From an uncultured virus (IMG/VR IMGVR_UViG_2504643008_000009) (taxonomy: Duplodnaviria > Heunggongvirae > Uroviricota > Caudoviricetes), in IMG/VR virus record IMGVR_UViG_2504643008_000009: a stretch of DNA of 23,028 bases; one strand, written 5' to 3'. The stretch's first letter is position 1. Each line of letters opens with the position of its first letter. The notes beneath the pieces are model-generated. The model was not told the origin of the DNA, did no database searches, and was given only the letters and a program-made list of their open reading frames with translations. Of this stretch, positions 16,489 to 23,028 are shown piece by piece. The position numbers and the translations under genes were made by a program.

Positions 16489-16636
16489 TCTCACACAAAA
16501 ACCCCCGAGATTTTTCGGCAAAGGAATTCCTATGTCACACCTGTATCGCAATCTCAATTTCTGGATGGGTTGCTGTAATCATCATGCCGTAGACATCTAC
16601 GGCACACCTGCATATTGCAGGAAGTGTGCGCCTCAT

Positions 16637-17077
16637 TTATTTCTCGCGTCTGCGGACGACGTGAACGGCCCCCTCCGTGACTATCTCGACTTGCGATATC
16701 GGCTCAGTCGTCCAGTAAGCCTCAGCGATCTTACGGAAGTGCTCAAGCGGATCAACTCCGGGAAGGATGTCGAAATCGTAACACCCACGATGGATCCGAT
16801 GGACCTCCAAATCCGCCGTGACTTCGTAAACAAGTGTTCCGCGGGCATGGATGTCTCGATAGGTGATCGCATCTTGCAAATTTTCGAGGAGAAAGACCGC
16901 ATGCAGGCGGCTCGGTTTATCTGGGCTGATTTGCTGCCTTACGTACTCAAGGAAGGACTCCCTCCAGAGATTAGGAACTATCTGAGTATTCAAGCGCAGC
17001 ACTCTCCCCCAATTGCCAGGCTCAATGATGCTACCGGCTCCGAGAAGGATGGGTGAGCAGTGGAAATACGTCTTCAA
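16637..17077 (-). CDS. DUF2441-like protein (putative ADP-ribosyltransferase-like fold), antisense to the pL operon
   Basis: TYFH, RESFLEYVRQQISPDKPSRLHAVF, VYEV, AEAYW...VEIVTEG pattern; TTG start. Confidence 0.6.
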   Translation of the reverse strand: MKTYFHCSPILLGAGSIIEPGNWGRVLRLNTQIVPNLWRESFLEYVRQQISPDKPSRLHAVFLLENLQDAITYRDIHARGTLVYEVTADLEVHRIHRGCYDFDILPGVDPLEHFRKIAEAYWTTEPISQVEIVTEGAVHVVRRREK

Positions 17078-17174
17078 TGCAATGTCTGCAGGATCAGCGG
17101 ATAAAGCCGCCCATGATACCGGACCGACTTCTGAGCACCGCTGCTGCCCTGACTATCAAGCAGGAAACCCACCC

Positions 17175-17366
17175 ATGAACCGCTATCGCACACCGAAAGA
17201 ACAACACGTAGCACGTTGCAACTACGACGCGCACCCTGGGTTAGCCCAATGCATTTTGCGCGATACCCGAGCAATGCCCAATGCAATACGCATCACCAAT
17301 TACCGCGTTCGCCGCGCGCAATACGAAGCCGCTAAAACGCTTTCTTCAACCCTGATCAAGCACTAA
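17175..17366 (+). CDS. Small basic hypothetical protein
   Basis: AGGA RBS before ATG 17175. Confidence 0.5.
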   Translation: MNRYRTPKEQHVARCNYDAHPGLAQCILRDTRAMPNAIRITNYRVRRAQYEAAKTLSSTLIKH

Positions 17367-17386
17367 CACCACTGCTGGAGGACACC

Positions 17387-17731
17387 ATGTCTATCACTAC
17401 AGAAAGAACATCGTTAACAGACCTCGAACACCTATTTGAAGTCGCAGACGGCGGAATACTCGCCACAAAATTCGCAAAGGCATTAAGCGATGTGGCGTTG
17501 GCCATCAACTACACCCGTAAACAAGGTGAAGTCACGCTCAGCTTAAAACTCAAACCCATTGGCGAATCCTCACAAGTCATGATCGATCACACCTTGAAAT
17601 ATGTTGAACCAAAGCTACGCGGCAAAGTCATAGAGGAAGACACCACTAGCACGCCAATGTATGTCGGGGCACGCGGCAAATTAACGCTCATCCCAGAGAC
17701 ACAACAGCAATTGTTCGCTGAAAAAAACTAA
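17387..17731 (+). CDS. YfdP-like conserved phage protein
   Basis: DGG...ALSDVA..KQGEVTL..TPMYVGARGKLT; GGAGG RBS; paired with DUF2303. Confidence 0.7.
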   Translation: MSITTERTSLTDLEHLFEVADGGILATKFAKALSDVALAINYTRKQGEVTLSLKLKPIGESSQVMIDHTLKYVEPKLRGKVIEEDTTSTPMYVGARGKLTLIPETQQQLFAEKN

Positions 17732-17770
17732 TCATCACCCATTAAATAAACTGAAAAAAGGAGCTGATTC

Positions 17771-18592
17771 ATGGACAAAACAGCCATAGAACATATTCAA
17801 CAAACCGCCATTGATGCTAATAAATTCCGTTTACCGCCTGCATTACAGGATATCGCGGTAGCGATTCCAGATAACTATGACATCAGAAATCTCGAATCTC
17901 TCTACACATTACGCTCGCGTTTCCGTGGAGAAATGAAAACCCAATCTATTACCGACTTCGTGCAGTACATCAAGACAAAAGGAAATGGCGAAGGTTTTAT
18001 TAATGCAGAAAATCTCAGTGCCAAGATATTTTTCAATCTCGGTACAACAGAATCACCCGGTCATGGCGACTGGACAGCCACGCTCACACTTAACGCCACA
18101 GCAGCTTACAAAGCACTGCTGGATATTGACGGTAAAACACTCAATCAGCGGAAGTTGATTGATTTCCTGGAAGATTGGGCACCGCTGCTGTCGGCCACAT
18201 CACAAGAAAGCCTTGATGAACTACCGTTGACGACCGCGATTAACGCGATTCGCAAATTAACTATCAAGAAAACCTCAGAGTCAGAATCGACTCAGGGCGA
18301 ATTCAATACATCACGCTCCAAGTTCGATGATATCGAAGCCAAATCAGCTATTGGCTTACCGATTGGTTTCACCTTCAGGACCCAGCCGTATCTTGGATTA
18401 CCGGAACGCAGATTCCTGCTACGGCTGTCCGTATTTACCGACGAAGAAAAAGAAAAACCACTCATCACACTGCGCCTCATACAGCGCCAAGCACAGCAGG
18501 AAGCGATCGCCCAGGATTTTAAAAGTGTGTTGTTTCGTGATCTTGAAAGACACGCCACGCTGACGATTGGCACATTCTCCCCATCCCTTTAA
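17771..18592 (+). CDS. YfdQ/DUF2303 family protein
   Basis: RSRFRG, IFFNLGT..PGHGD, Q..LIDFLEDW, PYLGL.ERRF.LRL. Confidence 0.8.
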   Translation: MDKTAIEHIQQTAIDANKFRLPPALQDIAVAIPDNYDIRNLESLYTLRSRFRGEMKTQSITDFVQYIKTKGNGEGFINAENLSAKIFFNLGTTESPGHGDWTATLTLNATAAYKALLDIDGKTLNQRKLIDFLEDWAPLLSATSQESLDELPLTTAINAIRKLTIKKTSESESTQGEFNTSRSKFDDIEAKSAIGLPIGFTFRTQPYLGLPERRFLLRLSVFTDEEKEKPLITLRLIQRQAQQEAIAQDFKSVLFRDLERHATLTIGTFSPSL

Positions 18593-18607
18593 CAGAGCGA
18601 AGCTGCC

Positions 18608-19543
18608 ATGAACTCCCTGTCTGTCATCAAACCAAACAATGTCATACCAATGACAGCCGAATACCGGCAGTCGATCCGTACCGCATTGAAAACCAGTCTT
18701 TATCCTGGGGCTTCAGATACCTCTGTCGATATGGTGTTGGCCTATTGCCAAGCGGCTGATTTAGACCCGATGACAAAACCCGTTCACATCGTGCCGATGT
18801 GGATTCCAGAAAAGAAAGTCGATGGGCGCGTTGTGTCATCGGCAGGCATGCGCGATGTGATCATGCCCGGGATCGAACTGTATCGAACCAAGGCACACCG
18901 CACTGGCGAATACGCCGGACAAGATGAAGCCGTGTTTGGAGACACCGTCTGCGAAACACTGGGCGGCGTGCAGATACGCTATCCGTCATGGTGCCGCATT
19001 GCGGTGTACCGCATGGTTGCTGGTGAACGCGTCCGGTTTGCCGCAACCGTGTATTGGCTGGAAGCCTATGCCACCGCAAGAAAAGACAGCCCCGCCCCTA
19101 ACAGCATGTGGCAAAAACGCCCCTTTGGGCAGTTGGAGAAATGCGCTGAAGCCTTGGCATTACGTAAGGCATTCCCAGAAGCCGTGGGCGCTCAACCGAC
19201 GGCTGAAGAAATGGATGCCGGACGACACACGATTGAGGGCGAAACGATCCATGCTGCCCCCATCCCCGTTAACAAAGACATCAGAGAAATCAGCGGCCCT
19301 TACCCACAAGAAGAATTTGAAAAGAATTTTCCAAAATGGTGTGACCTGATTGAATCAGGAAAAACCACGGCAGATCGCATCATCACGATGCTGCATAGCA
19401 AAGACAAAGGCCAATTAACCCCAGAGCAACTCACCGCCATTCGCGCCTGCGCAGAAGACACCAGTGCTGCCAATGCTGAGCCTGTGCCTACAGACAACAC
19501 CCCACAGGAAAGCAACACCACTGACACGGAAGAAAACACATGA
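18608..19543 (+). CDS. bet: Bet/RecT-family single-strand annealing recombinase
   Basis: YCQAADLDPMTKPVHIVP, GIELYRTKAHRTGEYAG, MWQKRPFGQLEKCAEALALRKAFP. Confidence 0.9.
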   Translation: MNSLSVIKPNNVIPMTAEYRQSIRTALKTSLYPGASDTSVDMVLAYCQAADLDPMTKPVHIVPMWIPEKKVDGRVVSSAGMRDVIMPGIELYRTKAHRTGEYAGQDEAVFGDTVCETLGGVQIRYPSWCRIAVYRMVAGERVRFAATVYWLEAYATARKDSPAPNSMWQKRPFGQLEKCAEALALRKAFPEAVGAQPTAEEMDAGRHTIEGETIHAAPIPVNKDIREISGPYPQEEFEKNFPKWCDLIESGKTTADRIITMLHSKDKGQLTPEQLTAIRACAEDTSAANAEPVPTDNTPQESNTTDTEENT

Positions 19544-21192
19544 ACATCATTGAACTGACCCAAGGCACCCCGCAATGGCACACCCACCGCGCCAAGTATC
19601 TCAATGCCAGCGACGCACCGGCCATGATGGGATGCAGCCCCTATAAAAGCCGTGCCGAACTGATACGCGAACGCGCCACGGGGATCACCCCTGACTATGA
19701 CCAAGCCACGTTACAACGTTTTGCTGAGGGGCATCGCGTTGAAGAACTGGCACGCCCCTTGGCAGAACGCATCATCGGTGATGACCTGTATCCCTGTGTT
19801 GGTTTCGATGACATGTATTCGGCCAGCTTCGACGGCTTGACCTTGCTGGAAGACACCGTGTGGGAACACAAGCAACTCAATGACACGATTCGCGCCGCCA
19901 TGACAGACGGCAGCACCGGCCAAGACCTGCCATTACATTATCAAATACAGATGGAACACCAGTGCATGGTGTCCGGTGCCCAACGTGTCCTGTTCATGGC
20001 CTCGGCCTGGAATGGTGAACAGCTCATAGAAGAACGTCATTGCTGGTACACCCCAACCCCCGAATTACGTAACCGCATCATCAACGGATGGCAACAACTG
20101 CAAGCGGACATCGCCGCCTACCAGCCTGAGCCACCACCACCGCCTGCGGCCTTGGGGCGTTCACCAGAGCAACTACCGGCATTGCATATTGCAGTCACAG
20201 GAACGGTGACCACCTCCAACCTGCCGCACTTCAAAGCCTGCGCACTGGCCGTATTGCACAGCATCAACCGTGACCTGCGCACCGATGAGGATTTTGCCAA
20301 CGCAGAACAAACCGTGAAATGGTGCAAAGGCGTCGAGACGCGCCTAGACGCCACCAAACAACAGGTATTAGGACAAACAGCCGACATCGATGCCGTCTTC
20401 CGCACCCTGGACGAAATCGCCGAAGAAACCCGCCGTGTTCGCCTGGAATTGGATCGCCTGGTGAAAACCGAGAAAGATCACCGCCGTACTGAAATTGTCC
20501 ACACCGGCCTGAAGACCCTGCGTGACTACTACGCCAGCCTCAACGCGAGGTTAGAGGAGTATGCCCTACCGATTCCGGCTGATTTGCCTGCAAAGATCGG
20601 TGACACCATCAAAGGCAAGAAGTCGATGATCAGCATGCAGGAGGCTGTGAGCGCCGCCGTGGCTCACGAGAAGATCAACATCACTGCCCACGTGGAACGG
20701 GTGCGCGCCAATATCACCGTGATGGAAGCATGTAACGCGGCTTACCGCTCCCTGTTTCCAGACAGGGTGAGTCTATGCATCAGCAAAACACCCGATGACC
20801 TGCGCAATCTGATCCTTGCCCGCATTGCCGATCATCAGCAGCAGGAACAGGCACGCATCCAAGCCCAACGCGAGCGCCAGAACACCGTCGAAGCAACGCC
20901 ATTACCCACCCAGTCCACAGCTCACTGCTCCACCGAATCCACTGCAACCACTGCAACCACTGCAACCACCCCAGCATCCACAGGCCACCTCATCAAGCTG
21001 GGTGATATCAACGCATTGATTGCACCACTGTCCATCAATGCCGATGGATTAGCGTCACTGGGTTTTGTTCCTGTCAGCACCGAACGCGCCACCAAGTGGT
21101 ACGCCACTGCTGAATTTCCTGCGATCTGTCATACCTTGAAACAGGTGTTGTCCGACGCTTCATCCCGCACCGCCATCAAGCAGGCCGCGTGA
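19540..21192 (+). CDS. YqaJ/lambda-type exonuclease with a long coiled-coil C-terminus
   Basis: QGTPQWH..R..LNASDA..MG.SPYK, ASFDG, WEHK, YQIQMEHQ. Confidence 0.88.
   Translation: MNIIELTQGTPQWHTHRAKYLNASDAPAMMGCSPYKSRAELIRERATGITPDYDQATLQRFAEGHRVEELARPLAERIIGDDLYPCVGFDDMYSASFDGLTLLEDTVWEHKQLNDTIRAAMTDGSTGQDLPLHYQIQMEHQCMVSGAQRVLFMASAWNGEQLIEERHCWYTPTPELRNRIINGWQQLQADIAAYQPEPPPPPAALGRSPEQLPALHIAVTGTVTTSNLPHFKACALAVLHSINRDLRTDEDFANAEQTVKWCKGVETRLDATKQQVLGQTADIDAVFRTLDEIAEETRRVRLELDRLVKTEKDHRRTEIVHTGLKTLRDYYASLNARLEEYALPIPADLPAKIGDTIKGKKSMISMQEAVSAAVAHEKINITAHVERVRANITVMEACNAAYRSLFPDRVSLCISKTPDDLRNLILARIADHQQQEQARIQAQRERQNTVEATPLPTQSTAHCSTESTATTATTATTPASTGHLIKLGDINALIAPLSINADGLASLGFVPVSTERATKWYATAEFPAICHTLKQVLSDASSRTAIKQAA
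20941..20967 (+). repeat. 9-bp tandem repeat ACTGCAACC x3 in the exonuclease linker
   Basis: Read directly; encodes TAT x3. Confidence 0.85.
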
Positions 21193-21284
21193 TGACAGGG
21201 GCAACCAATATCACGAGCCATGTCATGAACAGCACGTTTGATGATCGCGTTCTCGGCAATCTCGATTCCAGATGCGGCCCGAGC

Positions 21285-21313
21285 TTGACCACTGTACGCC
21301 GCTGCGGTACCGT
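21285..21313 (+). promoter_or_regulatory. Sigma70-type promoter of cassette 3
   Basis: TTGACC-17 bp-TACCGT; 21281-21327 is an exact inverted copy of 11301-11347. Confidence 0.65.
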
Positions 21314-21401
21314 CGCCGGTAAGGAGCCTCGAAACTCCATTGCATCCAGCGGTTACCGCATCCGTCAATCTCGCGGTTTTTTTGTGCCCGTTCGTTTTCA
21401 C

Positions 21402-21480
21402 GGCGGGAGGGTGACGGATAAAAAACCCCGCAAGGGGGAAGAAGTCCGCCTGTCTGGTTGCAGGTTTCGAGCCTCCCGCC
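21402..21480 (+). ncRNA. c4-like antisense RNA, cassette 3
   Basis: 79 nt, stem GGCGGGAGG/CCTCCCGCC (compensatory change relative to the other copies), CCCC-GCAA-GGGG, seeds CTGGTTG and GTTTCGAG. Confidence 0.78.
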
Positions 21481-21545
21481 TTCTACGGGTGCGACGCCTC
21501 GAAACGTCTCCCCGTGGTCATCTTGATCAACCAGGAGACGTTCTC

Positions 21546-22136
21546 ATGGCGCAGTCCATTATTCCGTTCAATTTTCATTCTCACGCTGTCCGCATTGTGA
21601 TGCGCGATGGTAATCCGTGGTTCGTTGCTAAAGACGTTGCCAAAGCGCTTGGCTACCGTGATGCGGCTAATGCAGCGCGCCACGTGAGCACACATCAGAA
21701 GGGTACTCATATTGTGAGTACCCTCAAGGGAAATCAAGAACTTACGATCGTTTCAGAAGGTGGGTTATACCGTCTTGTTCTAAGGAGCCGTAAGCCAGAA
21801 GCTGTTGCCTTCTCGGATTGGGTTACGGATGAAGTCCTTCCCTCGATCCGCAAGACGGGGAGCTATACCGCCACGGGAACAATGGTGAATGAGGATGTGC
21901 TCTACAACATCTGGTTTCTGTGCGACCACTTCAAGAAGCTGCACGAGATGTCCCGCGTCAATAAGGTTCCGCAAGCACTGTATTGGCTTGGAGCGACAGA
22001 GATTAGCGGTGAGCTTGGTACGCGTCTTCTTGAGGGCATGAGGGGCGGCGTTCTCAAAATAGAAAAAGCCCTCGGCCCACACCTGGAGCAGGCCGCCCAA
22101 AAGGTCATGGGCAATGCAAGCAGGCATCTGTCATGA
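21546..22136 (+). CDS. Bro-N antirepressor-like protein (frame open upstream to 21189)
   Basis: Bro-N close to that of 10486..11088; AGGAG RBS; ends GPHLEQAAQKVMGNASRHLS. Confidence 0.85.
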   Translation: MAQSIIPFNFHSHAVRIVMRDGNPWFVAKDVAKALGYRDAANAARHVSTHQKGTHIVSTLKGNQELTIVSEGGLYRLVLRSRKPEAVAFSDWVTDEVLPSIRKTGSYTATGTMVNEDVLYNIWFLCDHFKKLHEMSRVNKVPQALYWLGATEISGELGTRLLEGMRGGVLKIEKALGPHLEQAAQKVMGNASRHLS

Positions 22137-22202
22137 ACACCATCAGCAATAACAGCATCTACCTGCCCCCTCCCCATCCATTGCCCTCTAGGAGCACTCA
22201 CA

Positions 22203-22649
22203 ATGGCACGCGGAATTAACAAGGTAATCCTAGTCGGCAACCTGGGGAACGAGCCGGATATCAAATACACCCAAAGCGGCATGACGATCACCAACATTAG
22301 CCTAGCAACCAGCAGCAAACGCAAGGACAGAGAGGGCAATACCCAGGAGCGGACCGAATGGCACCGCGTCAAGTTTTTCGGAAAGCTGGGCGAGATTGCC
22401 GCGGAATATCTGCACAAGGGATCGCAGTGCTACATAGAGGGTGCCATTCGCTACGACAAGTTCACCGGCCAGGACGGTCAGGAGCGTTATGTCACTGAGA
22501 TTATTGCTGACCAAATGCAAATGCTTGGCGGTCGTGATGAAGGCTCCAGCGGCATCACGCCACAGCGGCGACCGGCAAAGGTCCGTAACAACGATAAAGC
22601 CTATGCGTATGCAGGCGACGACTTCCACGATGACGACATCCCGTTCTGA
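22203..22649 (+). CDS. ssb: Single-stranded DNA-binding protein
   Basis: MARGINKVILVGNLG..TEWHRV..DDDIPF. Confidence 0.97.
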   Translation: MARGINKVILVGNLGNEPDIKYTQSGMTITNISLATSSKRKDREGNTQERTEWHRVKFFGKLGEIAAEYLHKGSQCYIEGAIRYDKFTGQDGQERYVTEIIADQMQMLGGRDEGSSGITPQRRPAKVRNNDKAYAYAGDDFHDDDIPF

Positions 22650-22707
22650 GGTGGAACATGGCGACGATTCCATTTAGCTCATTAATTGGCACAGGAGGAA
22701 CCCACAC

Positions 22708-23028
22708 ATGGGCGCTGCTGAGAAACTTCCAGAGTTGTATACCGAAGAGGAAGCCGCACGCTACCTAGGAGTTTCGGAAGTCACGCTGCGACGCTTCCGA
22801 AAACAAAAAAGAATTGGTTACATCCGAATCGCAAAAACTCCGAAATATACCGAATACCACTTACTTAAATACCTGGAACAACACACATGCCTCCCCGCTT
22901 CCGCATTGGAGAATACTGGCTCGAACAGCGAAAAGGATCAACGGTTTGGTATAAGGCATGGCGCGACGTTACGGGATGCAAGCAGCGCGCTTCGCTTGGC
23001 ACAAGAGATTTTAGCGAAGCCAAGGTAG
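22708..23028 (+). CDS. Excisionase-like HTH protein
   Basis: LYTEEEAARYLGVSEVTLRRFRKQKRI; AGGAGG RBS; end of the pL operon. Confidence 0.75.
   Translation: MGAAEKLPELYTEEEAARYLGVSEVTLRRFRKQKRIGYIRIAKTPKYTEYHLLKYLEQHTCLPASALENTGSNSEKDQRFGIRHGATLRDASSALRLAQEILAKPR
22887..23028 (+). CDS. Probable 5' end of the phage integrase (overlaps xis, runs off the window)
   Basis: MPPRFRIGEYWLEQRKGSTVWYKAWRDVTGCKQRASLGTRDFSEAKV, an arm-binding-like WY..W.D..G..R.SLGT.D..EA pattern; no stop before the window end. Confidence 0.55.
   Translation, partial: MPPRFRIGEYWLEQRKGSTVWYKAWRDVTGCKQRASLGTRDFSEAKV

Larger units (their letters stand above)
234..23028. mobile_element. Lambdoid prophage (early, lysis and packaging modules), interrupted in the portal gene
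   Basis: Gene order int-xis-recombination-cI-cro-O-P-Q-lysis-terS-terL-portal. Confidence 0.95.

Noticed and set aside
19300..22673. Minus-strand ORFs over exo, bro and ssb
   Set aside because: Shadows of well-supported plus-strand genes.

Overview
This window is most of a lambdoid temperate prophage. The protein families recall Xylella/Xanthomonadaceae prophages; that is recognition only and was not checked by a search. A cI/cro switch sits at about 12.9-13.8 kb. The leftward (minus-strand) arm carries cro, small regulators, three Bro-N genes, O-like and P-like replication genes, RusA and Q. It continues with a P22 immI-like mnt/arc/ant module, a late promoter with tandem terminators, endolysin-holin-spanins, terS, terL and a portal gene. 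The portal gene breaks off at about nt 234, where a P4-type integrase element begins. The rightward arm carries cargo behind cI (a 2-TM SLATT-like protein, an MNT-HEPN toxin-antitoxin pair, a coiled-coil/TM protein). It continues with pL, an antisense DUF2441-like gene, yfdP/yfdQ-like genes, bet, a YqaJ exonuclease, another Bro-N gene, ssb, a xis-like gene and the probable start of the phage integrase. The most striking non-coding signal is three paralogous c4-like antisense-RNA cassettes, each in front of a Bro-N antirepressor-like gene. Each has a promoter, a target site, a terminator, a ~80-nt RNA and a second target at a hairpin-sequestered RBS. Each cassette has its own covarying, apparently orthogonal seed sequences. 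All family assignments come from motif recognition; no database search was run.
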